From the sequence record NC_061442.1: 64,000 nucleotides of DNA. One strand, written 5' to 3'. Position 1 is the stretch's first letter, and the number at the start of each line of letters is the position of its first letter. Shown here piece by piece: positions 18,747 through 27,912 of this stretch. The notes under the pieces are model-generated. The model was given only the letters and a program-made list of their open reading frames with translations. It was not told the origin of the DNA and ran no database searches. A program made the position numbers and the translations under genes.

Positions 18747-19118
18747 ATGACTATCAAATTTAACTCTGTTTACGAAATCTTTGAAGCTATGGAAATGTGC
18801 GCCAGCGATTCTGCTTTCACCAAACAATGCGGTTTCCCTTATCCTGCGGTAGAAATTTTGCAGTGTGGTTTGCAGGAAGATTTAGGTGTGTATGCGTCAA
18901 TGGCAGACGGCGTGAATTTCCTGATTGCAGATACGAGTGACCTGTTTTCTGAACATCTTCAAGGTGATGGTGAAATCACCGTTTGTCGTATCGAAACTCC
19001 CAACGGTGAGATGTTCGACGAGCCAGAAGCTATCGTTGCGCAGCTGGGGACATTCAACGATTTTGATGAAGCATACGCAGCATTCACCACAGCCATAAAC
19101 GCTGAACTCAACAAATAA
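18747..19118 (+). CDS. small acidic early protein
   Basis: First gene after promoter copy 18645. Confidence 0.78.
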   Translation: MTIKFNSVYEIFEAMEMCASDSAFTKQCGFPYPAVEILQCGLQEDLGVYASMADGVNFLIADTSDLFSEHLQGDGEITVCRIETPNGEMFDEPEAIVAQLGTFNDFDEAYAAFTTAINAELNK

Positions 19119-19163
19119 TAGGTCAAAAGCGCTATAGCAATATAGCGCTATTTATCGTACTAT
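19111..19163 (+). promoter_or_regulatory. conserved phage promoter, copy 2
   Basis: ACAAATAATAGGTCAAAAG ... TACTAT; 37 nt. Confidence 0.68.
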
Positions 19164-19215
19164 ATATTCTCTAGCGCAATGATGCGCACATACAACACTT
19201 GCCAAGGGGCATACA

Positions 19216-19590
19216 ATGAAAGCAGCAAACTTCGATAAAGCATTCAACGCGAAAGATGAAGCAACTCTGAACGCATACGCAGCGCAAATCGTTGAAGCGC
19301 TCAACGCTCTGGGACGTAATGACCTGAAGATCACTATTATCTTCGGCACTGACCCGTACGGCGAGCGCCCCGACTTCGTTAACGACCCCAACGGTTTTCG
19401 TGTCGTGCAGAACGGGGAAGAAATTTTCGATATCTACACCCCAACTGAAAAACAGATTGAAGGCGATGCGTCTGACGCTTTCATCTACGCTTCATGGGCA
19501 GACGGTGTAGCGCCGTGGGGCAAAGAAGTTTCAGACAATGACGTTGCTGAAATCGCAGCGCACCTGAACACTGCAATCCCAGCTCTGTAA
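19216..19590 (+). CDS. small acidic early protein
   Basis: First gene after promoter copy 19111. Confidence 0.78.
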   Translation: MKAANFDKAFNAKDEATLNAYAAQIVEALNALGRNDLKITIIFGTDPYGERPDFVNDPNGFRVVQNGEEIFDIYTPTEKQIEGDASDAFIYASWADGVAPWGKEVSDNDVAEIAAHLNTAIPAL

Positions 19591-19652
19591 CGAACAACTG
19601 ACTGCGGGGTTACGGCCCCGCTTATATGACAACTTGCCAAGAGAACATAATC

Positions 19653-19958
19653 ATGACCAGAGAAGAACTGACTACACTGATTAGCAACTCACTCACACGC
19701 ACTGACTTCGCAGTAATGAACTGCGTAGAGCCTGATGACTACGAACTTGTTTTGCTCTATGAAGTAGACAGCGCTGGTGAATCACTTGGCGAGATGGGTT
19801 ATGAAGTAGAATTGAATGATGACGGCACATTCTCGCTTCACTACCTTGAGATGCCGTGGTCTCCTGAGCCGTTCCCGTCGTTCGCTAAAACTTCGAACTT
19901 CGACGAACTGATGGCAGCGATAAACAGTATCGAGTTTCACGTTTCAGGTACTAACTAA
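19653..19958 (+). CDS. small acidic protein
   Basis: D/E-rich; start may be 19626 or 19653. Confidence 0.72.
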   Translation: MTREELTTLISNSLTRTDFAVMNCVEPDDYELVLLYEVDSAGESLGEMGYEVELNDDGTFSLHYLEMPWSPEPFPSFAKTSNFDELMAAINSIEFHVSGTN

Positions 19959-19976
19959 CATTAAGAGGCAACAATC

Positions 19977-20222
19977 ATGTCAGAGAAACAAATCATCATC
20001 GACGTAATCGCAGACGTAGCATCACCAACAGAAGTTGTGTTTGAAGATGGCGAGTCTTCTAATCAATGGCTCGCGCCGTTCGATCTGCGCCTGACTGTGG
20101 CCCAGGCCTGCGGTCCGGCGGGCGTACCAGAAGTGAACATCATCGGCGATGAAGATAACCTGCGCCGCTTCTTGGCCGCGAACGATCAGTTCGAAGACGC
20201 TGAGATCGTAGACGTTATCTAA
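19977..20222 (+). CDS. small acidic protein
   Basis: AAGAGG SD; followed by a UUCG terminator. Confidence 0.72.
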   Translation: MSEKQIIIDVIADVASPTEVVFEDGESSNQWLAPFDLRLTVAQACGPAGVPEVNIIGDEDNLRRFLAANDQFEDAEIVDVI

Positions 20223-20231
20223 CAAACAAAG

Positions 20232-20254
20232 AGCGGCGCTTCGGCGCTGCTTTT
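20232..20254 (+). terminator. Rho-independent terminator
   Basis: AGCGGCGC-TTCG-GCGCTGCT-TTT. Confidence 0.75.
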
Positions 20255-20278
20255 CTATTTCTGCCTGAGAATGCTGCT

Positions 20279-20836
20279 ATGAAAAATCAATATCTCATTA
20301 TTCGCATGAACGCCGCAAACTTCTACGACAAACAGTTTCTGATGCGTGGCTTTAACGCCAAGCGTATCGAGCAGGTCATTGGCGTTATCGTTATCATAGG
20401 CGATGAACATACATACTCGCTGAAAGACAGCATGTATCATTTAGCAAAAATTCACGTCGAACAGCTTACATCTGACACACAACAAAATTTAGTTAAGCTA
20501 CGCTGGTCGAGCGTAGACAGCAAGCGCATAGAAGAAGGCTTGACGCGCATACCCACTGACTTGACAGACGCCATACGTGCGATGCGCAACACTCGATTGT
20601 ATTATGAAGTCGATACGACAATCCCACAGGCGTTTCGTGACTGCCACACTGAATTTGATATACCTACTGGTGCGCAAATGCGTGAGCGCATAAACAAACG
20701 ACAACGTGAAGACGAGACAAAGATCAAACTTGTTGACCGCTCGCACGTAACGAAAGCGCTTAACGATTGCACTGTGGAAGAAATTCTAAAGCACCTGAAA
20801 GAGCGCACGGGCGCTGAGATCACAATCAAGCTGTAA
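20279..20836 (+). CDS. hypothetical protein
   Basis: 185-aa co-oriented ORF. Confidence 0.68.
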   Translation: MKNQYLIIRMNAANFYDKQFLMRGFNAKRIEQVIGVIVIIGDEHTYSLKDSMYHLAKIHVEQLTSDTQQNLVKLRWSSVDSKRIEEGLTRIPTDLTDAIRAMRNTRLYYEVDTTIPQAFRDCHTEFDIPTGAQMRERINKRQREDETKIKLVDRSHVTKALNDCTVEEILKHLKERTGAEITIKL

Positions 20837-20899
20837 CAACTAATCAATGTGTGGCGTTACGGCGCCACATCATCACAACTTAATAGAGAGAATCACATC

Positions 20900-21508
20900 A
20901 TGTCTATCGTAACTTTTTTCGTAAAACGTTCTTATGCTTCACTTGGCGCAGGCAACTTCGCTATCGCTGCCTCACAGGTGCAAGAGCTGGCAGAAGCTGA
21001 GTGCTTCATCGTCTACACTAACACGGGACTGGGTAACACGTTCGCTGTGCGTAACATCACGATCACACCGCTCGATGAAAACAGCGTGACTGTTTCATTC
21101 GACCCTCTCACCGATGTTCACGCGCTGCCTGCTTCGATTCTCCCTAAAGAGATTTTGAAAGAGTCAGTCGAGCGTATCGTAATGCCAGAAGAAGATATGC
21201 GTGAAGTGCCACGCTTCTATATCGCCAACGATGCAAATGGCAATAACCCGAACCTGCTTGCGCTTGATCTGAACTGCCGTCAACGTTTCGTGCAGTATCA
21301 TGGCGGCCTGTGTACGCTGACCGATCTTGTGCTGGCGCTGTACGAGTCAGGCATTCATATCTCTGACATTCATCATGGCGTGAAGCAGAAAAGCAACGTT
21401 GCTGCCGTACTAGCACAATATCCCCGCACCGTGTTTGAGCTTAACAAAGATAACGGCGTTGTGAACGACAGCCTGCCTGCGCTGGCGCGTATGACCGTAC
21501 TAATGTAA
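20900..21508 (+). CDS. hypothetical protein
   Basis: Start moved to ATG 20900. Confidence 0.7.
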   Translation: MSIVTFFVKRSYASLGAGNFAIAASQVQELAEAECFIVYTNTGLGNTFAVRNITITPLDENSVTVSFDPLTDVHALPASILPKEILKESVERIVMPEEDMREVPRFYIANDANGNNPNLLALDLNCRQRFVQYHGGLCTLTDLVLALYESGIHISDIHHGVKQKSNVAAVLAQYPRTVFELNKDNGVVNDSLPALARMTVLM

Positions 21509-21556
21509 ACAACTATCGCCTCGCATATCGCGGGGCTTTTCTATTTGGAGAATGTT

Positions 21557-21817
21557 ATGGTATACGAACGCGAAGAACTCGAAGACATGCCTCTCGATGT
21601 ACTTTATCATCTGGCGAGTGCCAAAGGCCTGCTGGACGATCTGGACGATGATGACGATGCACCTGATCGTGAAGTGCTGGTGGGTATGATTCTTGACGAC
21701 CAGAACGAACAGCAACTGGCTGACGAAGAAGCCGAAGACAAGCAACGTGCCGAAGATGATCGTGATCCACTAATCAATCGCCGTGACGGTCAGGATGGTT
21801 CTGACGACTACTGTTAA
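21557..21817 (+). CDS. small acidic protein with possible Rho-N/HEH-like module
   Basis: ELEDMPLDVLYHLASAKGL...DREVLVGMILDDQ; GGAG SD. Confidence 0.68.
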   Translation: MVYEREELEDMPLDVLYHLASAKGLLDDLDDDDDAPDREVLVGMILDDQNEQQLADEEAEDKQRAEDDRDPLINRRDGQDGSDDYC

Positions 21818-21871
21818 GTAAACCCAGAGGCTGCCAGCGCTGGTGGCTTCACTCACAAAGAAGGAGTAACA

Positions 21872-22222
21872 ATGAAGCGCAAAGTAATATTGATAGACAC
21901 AGCAGAGTTTCAAAGCAACCTACCGATCGCTCTACCGTCGATTATCGACTTCACTGATATTGAGTCAGTGGTTTTTGTCGTGAAGGCGAATGCAGAGTTC
22001 GGAGGCATCGAATATCTAGGCGCGTACCTAGCGTCTGAGATCTTCGTGGACTATACGAAGATACCGTTGGCGCAAACGATCAAGATCAACGCGTACGGTG
22101 TCGTGCCGTTAGAAGAAGCAATGAAGCGCAATCTTCAAAACGGCTATCAGTACACGGACGATGTACCTGACGAGCACAAACGCATTTATTCTGCAACGCC
22201 AACAACAATAACGTTCGCGTAA
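21872..22222 (+). CDS. hypothetical protein flanked by duplicated hairpins
   Basis: AAGGAG SD. Confidence 0.72.
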   Translation: MKRKVILIDTAEFQSNLPIALPSIIDFTDIESVVFVVKANAEFGGIEYLGAYLASEIFVDYTKIPLAQTIKINAYGVVPLEEAMKRNLQNGYQYTDDVPDEHKRIYSATPTTITFA

Positions 22223-22228
22223 TAACTA

Positions 22229-22256
22229 AGGGCTGCCAGTGCTGGTGGCCCTTTTT
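22229..22256 (+). terminator. Rho-independent terminator
   Basis: AGGGCTGCC-AGTGCT-GGTGGCCCT-TTTT. Confidence 0.72.
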
Positions 22257-22300
22257 CATTTCTGTAAATACCTCGTACATTAATCAATGCGAGATATTCA

Positions 22301-22672
22301 ATGCGCCGCTTTCTGACAGTCTTTAACGTCACTCAACAGGAGTTTGACGACCGTCGCTTTTTCCAGCATAAGCTGAACATCATTACGACCATGCGCCGAA
22401 CTCACGGCGTGTTGTTAGCTATTCGTGAAACAGGTAAAGTATTCGTAGCCTCTACCGCCTCATATCAAAGGGCAGAAGAATACGATCTGCGTCGTGTGGA
22501 CTTCTCTGCTCCTAGTGAGGTTACGCACGAACTGGGTGAACGTTTCACCGAACTGAAACAGGCAATCGCTAACAACCTGCAGGACAAAAGCATTCGCTAC
22601 TTCGGTCGCACGTTGTCGCTTAACGATGTACAGCAGGCTCTGTATCGCACACAACTGGAGATTATCTCATGA
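22301..22672 (+). CDS. hypothetical protein
   Basis: Follows a CTGTAAATA motif. Confidence 0.68.
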   Translation: MRRFLTVFNVTQQEFDDRRFFQHKLNIITTMRRTHGVLLAIRETGKVFVASTASYQRAEEYDLRRVDFSAPSEVTHELGERFTELKQAIANNLQDKSIRYFGRTLSLNDVQQALYRTQLEIIS

Positions 22673-22911
22673 CAACAATCGCATCTCTAGGCGCTCGATT
22701 CGCCGCCTCTTCCTCTGAGCGTTGTTCTGCTCGTAAAAAGAAAGACCCAAAGAACAAGACGATCACCTGCGCAGGCACGACAGCCATGTATAACGCCGTA
22801 GAGAGACTTGCAATCAAACTCAACGTGTCCCGCTCCCGTGCAGTAGAGATCGCCATTGAACAGCTTATGGAGAAACACGGAATTGTCGTGGAGGGTGCCG
22901 ATGACAACTGA
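22669..22911 (+). CDS. ribbon-helix-helix (CopG-like) DNA-binding protein
   Basis: KTITCAGTTAMYNAVERLAIKLNVSRSRAVEIAIEQLMEK. Confidence 0.65.
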   Translation: MTTIASLGARFAASSSERCSARKKKDPKNKTITCAGTTAMYNAVERLAIKLNVSRSRAVEIAIEQLMEKHGIVVEGADDN

Positions 22912-23266
22912 TACGATCTACTGTCGTCTATACGGCGTTCAGTATCGTCTGGGTGTCACTGGCATCGACTTCTCACAATCGCCTACTGTCTACACAGTAC
23001 ATGCCTGTGACCTGCTGCGTATGCTGCCTCGTATTCATGTCGGGGCTGCCTACAGCACGTACACACCGTACCTTGTGCTAAAAGTAGGCCGTGCTGACTT
23101 CAAGATCAAACTGATTGAGAAGATAAGTGCTGACGAGTGGCGCTACTCATTCGTTGATAGCACAGGCAGACCATTCAACACTATTCTGAAACGGAGAAAG
23201 TATGACCATTGGTTTGATCAAAGTCTTAGGCCTAAAGGACAAGGCCCCAAAGGGATTCGATCTTGA
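22901..23266 (+). CDS. hypothetical protein
   Basis: GGAGG SD; coupled to the RHH gene. Confidence 0.62.
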   Translation: MTTDTIYCRLYGVQYRLGVTGIDFSQSPTVYTVHACDLLRMLPRIHVGAAYSTYTPYLVLKVGRADFKIKLIEKISADEWRYSFVDSTGRPFNTILKRRKYDHWFDQSLRPKGQGPKGIRS

Positions 23267-23834
23267 TATCACACCAGTCTCACGCGATGATGATTGGTGG
23301 TCGCTGAGTCCTTTCTATCTAGGCCCGTGTCGTACTCCTGACGGTATGATGTTCTTGAACATGGAAAACATGTGGCAGTACAGCAAAGTGTACGAAGAAC
23401 ATCTGGTTAATTCGAACGACCTATTTCATGGAGAGATATCCCGTGAGTGGTGGGAATGGCATTTGAAAGGCAGTACAACCGAACAGGCGCATCGCTATCC
23501 AGCGGGGAAGGGTCGAAAGGCCCTGTTCTCGAAATGGGGTGACTTGCGCCTTTCGTACATTCCCGCACGAAAACAAATCTACGTTCCAGAGTATGCGAAG
23601 CTGGTCATTCACAAGCCGAAGTTCAAACGCTTGTTGAAGGATTATAAGAAAGGTGCCAAGATAGTCCTCAGAGATTATGACACCTACGATATTCAAAAGG
23701 CATACCCAGATTCTCGTAGCCCGTGGTTGTCTGCCATTCAAAACGAGAATGCAAAGTTCGGCCATGCGTTCGTCATTGCATTGGCCTTGATGTTCCACGA
23801 ACGACCACTATGGTATAATCAATGGGTAATCTGA
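23202..23834 (+). CDS. NADAR-superfamily-like (DUF6939-like) protein
   Basis: LSPFYLGPC...FLNMENMWQYSKVY...ARKQIYVPEY resembles NADAR LSNFY...F.S.EH.YQA.K. Confidence 0.55.
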   Translation: MTIGLIKVLGLKDKAPKGFDLDITPVSRDDDWWSLSPFYLGPCRTPDGMMFLNMENMWQYSKVYEEHLVNSNDLFHGEISREWWEWHLKGSTTEQAHRYPAGKGRKALFSKWGDLRLSYIPARKQIYVPEYAKLVIHKPKFKRLLKDYKKGAKIVLRDYDTYDIQKAYPDSRSPWLSAIQNENAKFGHAFVIALALMFHERPLWYNQWVI

Positions 23835-23878
23835 CCAGGTACGTAGCCTGCATTGAGTTGTCTACCCGCGAAGGAAAT

Positions 23879-24142
23879 ATGAATCTGCCGATTCTACCTC
23901 GCTGTGAACTACAAGCATTTGTTCTTGATGGACACACGCAAACTAAAGTGCCTATCAAACTTAATGCCACAAACGTCATCAATGTGGCGGGCAAAACGTG
24001 TGGTAGTCTGCAATGGTTTGATTGTGTGAATCTGCTCATATGGTCATCGTTTGAGCCTGGCAGGTTTACGCTGTATATTGAACGTGCTTGCAAAACAGAC
24101 GAGACTACAGACGACCAGCAATCTGCTGAACTCTGCAAATAA
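23879..24142 (+). CDS. hypothetical protein
   Basis: AAGGA SD; its stop lies inside the promoter box at 24135. Confidence 0.6.
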   Translation: MNLPILPRCELQAFVLDGHTQTKVPIKLNATNVINVAGKTCGSLQWFDCVNLLIWSSFEPGRFTLYIERACKTDETTDDQQSAELCK

Positions 24143-24187
24143 TAGGCTGAAATAGCCATTCAGTCAGATACGCTCCTATGATATACT
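24135..24187 (+). promoter_or_regulatory. conserved phage promoter, copy 3
   Basis: GCAAATAATAGGCTGAAAT ... TGATATACT; 37 nt. Confidence 0.8.
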
Positions 24188-24232
24188 ATACGTGAGCGCA
24201 GTGCTCATAAAACTAACGCTGAGGAGCGTATC

Positions 24233-24682
24233 ATGACTACTTTATCTATCGTTGATTTGAAGACCCCTGCGGAATTTACTACACATCTGACTTTCGGTCA
24301 CATGGAAGAACTGCGGGCCAGCCTCGAACGCGCCTTAAATCGTTCTGACCTCGAGGTGTATGTTGAATGCGATTCGAACTACACACTCGAAGAAGCAAAC
24401 ACTGATGGCCCTGACCAACTGGTGGGCGACCATGAGTGTATTAACGTTCACGTTCGTTATTCGGGAATGTCGTTCGATGAAGCGACGGCGAAAGGCGTGT
24501 GGGATATCTTACTGCAAGCCCCGCACGAAGATAACAGCATGTCCGAGTGGTCTAACTCATACATCATGTATGTGGCCGATGAAAACCTCGACGCGCTGGA
24601 AGAAGTGACGATAGAAAACGGGAATCCTCGTATGATGGAAACTCTCGTTGATCGTATTAACTACTGGCTGCCAAAACTCTAA
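24233..24682 (+). CDS. acidic early protein
   Basis: First gene after promoter copy 24135. Confidence 0.78.
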   Translation: MTTLSIVDLKTPAEFTTHLTFGHMEELRASLERALNRSDLEVYVECDSNYTLEEANTDGPDQLVGDHECINVHVRYSGMSFDEATAKGVWDILLQAPHEDNSMSEWSNSYIMYVADENLDALEEVTIENGNPRMMETLVDRINYWLPKL

Positions 24683-24748
24683 GCGCTTTGTGAAGGGCAT
24701 TTGCGAGTGCCCTTTGAAAATCAAACCCCATAAGCTGAGGAGCTTAAC

Positions 24749-25066
24749 ATGTCATCTTCTACTACTTTGACTTTCATCTTCCCAGAAATGACCACTCTGG
24801 AAGTATCTATCGGTAACGGCGTTGTGCCTGCGTATCTGGGTCTCGCAGAAAACAAAGACATAACATTCAGTGATGTTAAGGCACTGCGTCTGATGGGTGA
24901 CTCAAACATCGTGGGTGCAATGTCACGCTTCGATCAGTCGATGCTTAACATGCTGATCGCTCGCCACGAAACGCATGAGCACATTCGATGCCGTGACGCC
25001 ATGGACTCGGGCGCAGAGTATTTCCCATCTACTTGTCTGTATCTGAAAGTAGCGCATCACCGCTAA
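24749..25066 (+). CDS. hypothetical protein (cassette 1)
   Basis: GAGGAG SD within a repeated leader. Confidence 0.75.
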   Translation: MSSSTTLTFIFPEMTTLEVSIGNGVVPAYLGLAENKDITFSDVKALRLMGDSNIVGAMSRFDQSMLNMLIARHETHEHIRCRDAMDSGAEYFPSTCLYLKVAHHR

Positions 25067-25129
25067 GATTTGTGAAGGGCATTCTAACGAGTGCTCTTTG
25101 AAAATCAAACCTGTTCTGAGGAGGACAAC

Positions 25130-25483
25130 ATGCCCGCAACTGAATTGCCTATCGACGCTCGCGCTTTTGACGATTTGAGCAATAACAACTTCCTGCAAGT
25201 GTGCAACGCAATCTCTTTCTGCGTGTCTCGAGGTGACCTTGAGTTTCGTCATCATATCAAAGGACGCCACATAGACGTTGCCTATCGCGCTGGTGGCAAT
25301 AACGCTTTCGGCATCAGCACTGTTCGCATCTTGATGCCGTCCGAAGTTCTACGTGAAGATATCGTGGAAGACTTCGAAATCATTCATGGCGATGCAGTAA
25401 TCCAAATTGAACGCCAGAAAGATTCGTTCTCAACGCTGCAACGTATCGCAGGTGCAGTAGAAGCCTGTATGCCTAAGAAGTGA
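25130..25483 (+). CDS. hypothetical protein (cassette 2)
   Basis: GAGGAGG SD before ATG 25130. Confidence 0.75.
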   Translation: MPATELPIDARAFDDLSNNNFLQVCNAISFCVSRGDLEFRHHIKGRHIDVAYRAGGNNAFGISTVRILMPSEVLREDIVEDFEIIHGDAVIQIERQKDSFSTLQRIAGAVEACMPKK

Positions 25484-25547
25484 TTGTTGTTCGCAGGTTC
25501 TTACGAGAGCCTGCTGTCAACATAACCCATAAGCTGAGGAGCTTAAC

Positions 25548-25955
25548 ATGAAACAATATCCACGCCGTGGCCAAGTGTACTCCCTGAAAGAAATCGAAAA
25601 CGAGCTGGAGTTGCGTGATAGCCCGTTCTTGCGCTTCATCCCGCAGAAGGTTTGTATGGTGGGAGAACGTGAAGCAGGCATTCAGGTCATCCAGACCTCG
25701 TCAGTTGCTAATCTATCTGACATTGAAGGTTGGGCAGATACGCAGTGGACATACGTGCGCGAGACCGAAGAGTGGATTCCGCTTTTCCGTGCTGTTGATG
25801 ACGCGGCGATTGAAGCGCTCTGTGTTATCGAGCCTGACACGTCTGAGTTTCGTTCTGGCGACGGTATGCACATCTACCCTAAGGGTACCGTGTGCAATCA
25901 GTATGAGCCGTACGATGAAAAGCTGCACGGTGATATGCTTGTGAGGGTATCATGA
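25548..25955 (+). CDS. hypothetical protein (cassette 3)
   Basis: GAGGAG SD within a repeated leader. Confidence 0.75.
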   Translation: MKQYPRRGQVYSLKEIENELELRDSPFLRFIPQKVCMVGEREAGIQVIQTSSVANLSDIEGWADTQWTYVRETEEWIPLFRAVDDAAIEALCVIEPDTSEFRSGDGMHIYPKGTVCNQYEPYDEKLHGDMLVRVS

Positions 25956-26176
25956 AGGGATTAATGAATCTTTTCAACGGTTGGGCTACGCGCCTTTCTG
26001 AGCGTACAATCAAAATTGCATATTGCGTATATGTCGCATTGTTTATTTTGGTTGCTTTCCTGACAAGCCCGTGGGTGTATGACTCGCCCATAGGCATGTG
26101 GATATTCTGCTGTGTTACTGTGTGTTTTGTGACGCCAACGTTCATTGCTGTTCTGATTCGCTCTAAGACTTGTTAA
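25952..26176 (+). CDS. small membrane protein (2 TM)
   Basis: Two hydrophobic segments; ATGA overlap. Confidence 0.65.
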   Translation: MKGLMNLFNGWATRLSERTIKIAYCVYVALFILVAFLTSPWVYDSPIGMWIFCCVTVCFVTPTFIAVLIRSKTC

Positions 26177-26234
26177 TAAAACAGGGATGCTCACGATTGT
26201 GCGCGTCCCATTTCTCATTTAAGGACAATTTCCC

Positions 26235-26744
26235 ATGATACCAGAACTCACTCATATCTTTAACGTAATGATGACCAGCCTGAAAGATATTCGCAGCGTT
26301 GATCGTCTCCATCTCATTAACAAAAGTGCTGTGCGCTTTCATCTCAAAGGCAAACAGTTCGACGTTCGCGGTAAGTTTCCGTTGTTATCCGTTCATGAAG
26401 TTGAAAGTCACTGCCTGTCTTATTCGAAAGCTGCCAAAGAGATTGAAGCACAACTCAATGGCGACCCTATCGAAGAAATCGAAGACAACTCCCATGATAC
26501 CGCGCTGGATGAAGTGTTAATCGCTCACGTCGATAGCATGGAAGAAGATCGTGTTCGGGCGTACAACGAAGAATGTGGAGGCCCTGATTTAGACCCGATC
26601 AATATGCAGCGCACTTGGCTCAAAACACATTTTCTGCATATCGGCCACAACACGCCCGACCTTCTCGAAACAGTTCTGATGATGGAAGGTCAAGAGCGTC
26701 ATGACGCACTGGCAGGAGCCGTTAGGGGGACATTATGTTTCTAG
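26235..26744 (+). CDS. hypothetical protein
   Basis: AAGGA SD. Confidence 0.7.
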   Translation: MIPELTHIFNVMMTSLKDIRSVDRLHLINKSAVRFHLKGKQFDVRGKFPLLSVHEVESHCLSYSKAAKEIEAQLNGDPIEEIEDNSHDTALDEVLIAHVDSMEEDRVRAYNEECGGPDLDPINMQRTWLKTHFLHIGHNTPDLLETVLMMEGQERHDALAGAVRGTLCF

Positions 26745-27016
26745 CGTGGATTAAATACCTGCGCAGTAGAAAGAACCAGCAGTTTATGATTGAAGTAACA
26801 ACGGCAATCGGCAAGTTAAACCAGCGTGACCGTGACCTACTATGTCGTATATTCAATCTTTCTGCTGATGCGGAAGGTTTGTTTACGTTGTCTAACATGA
26901 AGCGTAAGCAATTGGCCGAGCAGTGCAACATGTATTATGCCAGCGTGTCTGGTAAAAACTGGAACGTGTATGATACGTTCCTCAAAGTCCTACACAACGC
27001 AAGAAAAGGAAAGTAA
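26735..27016 (+). CDS. hypothetical protein
   Basis: Coupled ORF. Confidence 0.62.
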   Translation: MFLAWIKYLRSRKNQQFMIEVTTAIGKLNQRDRDLLCRIFNLSADAEGLFTLSNMKRKQLAEQCNMYYASVSGKNWNVYDTFLKVLHNARKGK

Positions 27017-27019
27017 ACC

Positions 27020-27460
27020 ATGAACGAAATAGATATTCTGATCCGTGAGTATGACCGGGCGTATCTGAAAGCAGAAGCATCACCTTTCGGTAACGTCGCA
27101 TATCACGTACAAGATCAAACGGACGGCCTGAAAAACATTGCACTCTATCTGCGTTTTCGTTCTGGCCCGCAAGCTCTTTGGCAGCGTCCGTGTTTAGTGC
27201 TCGCCACAATTGATGTTCGTGACTCAGGTAAAGGTACGTTCAGTGAGTTGCTTCGTCGCACAAAAGACCTGTGCCGCGAACGTGACTGGATTCTTCAAGT
27301 TGAAAACGTTCTGACTCCTCAGTTCAGAAAGTTCTTGCAGCGTGGTGGCTTCAAGCCATTCGGCATTGATAAAGACGTACCGTACGGAAGTCTCTACTGG
27401 TTCCATGACGAGACAATCCCGCAGCAATGCGCTATGTACCCAGAGAGGCCACACCCATGA
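27020..27460 (+). CDS. putative GNAT-like acetyltransferase
   Basis: LVLATIDVRDSGKGTFSELL...LQVENVLTPQFRKFLQRGGF resembles GNAT motifs A and B. Confidence 0.5.
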   Translation: MNEIDILIREYDRAYLKAEASPFGNVAYHVQDQTDGLKNIALYLRFRSGPQALWQRPCLVLATIDVRDSGKGTFSELLRRTKDLCRERDWILQVENVLTPQFRKFLQRGGFKPFGIDKDVPYGSLYWFHDETIPQQCAMYPERPHP

Positions 27461-27903
27461 ACATTCCTTGGTATGTGATGTTCGCTATGGGTCTACTTCC
27501 TCTGTCCACTTGCTACGTTGTCTTCCCGTGGTTCCGTGCTGCTGTCAATCGCAGACTGACGTTCAAGCCTCTTGACTATGATGCACTTGACGAGATACTG
27601 ACTGGTGGTATGCCGGAGCGTGTTACCATTACGTGTCTGCGAGCCGCATATAGGTCGAACACTCCCGCACATTCTCATGTGGATATCTATCCGCACAAAG
27701 AGAACGTTGCAGTGATTCGAATGCTGGTGGACCCTAACTTCCCTATTGCACGAATCTTTCACAAGGTCCTGATCGATAACTATAGCGCGTTCGCTGTGAA
27801 GTCGAACAGAGCACCGCTGATCACAATCAATCAGTGCGTATATCCTGTTGTTGAGTATGAGTATGACGATACGTACCTGTTGATTTACGTCAAGCATAAG
27901 TAA
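27457..27903 (+). CDS. hypothetical protein with N-terminal TM segment
   Basis: Hydrophobic N-terminus; ATGA overlap. Confidence 0.6.
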   Translation: MNIPWYVMFAMGLLPLSTCYVVFPWFRAAVNRRLTFKPLDYDALDEILTGGMPERVTITCLRAAYRSNTPAHSHVDIYPHKENVAVIRMLVDPNFPIARIFHKVLIDNYSAFAVKSNRAPLITINQCVYPVVEYEYDDTYLLIYVKHK

Positions 27904-27912
27904 GGAAACATC

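Larger units (their letters stand above)
24687..25550 (+). repeat. intergenic direct repeats linking three gene cassettes
   Basis: Hairpin repeat at 24687-24727 and 25069-25111; identical 25-mer CCCATAAGCTGAGGAGCTTAACATG at 24727-24751 and 25526-25550. Confidence 0.88.

Noticed and set aside
23811-23819. TGGTATAAT as an eleventh copy of the conserved promoter
   Set aside because: The upstream box is absent at 36-38 nt (the nearest GG is 31 nt away, in the wrong context); it could still be a plain extended -10 promoter
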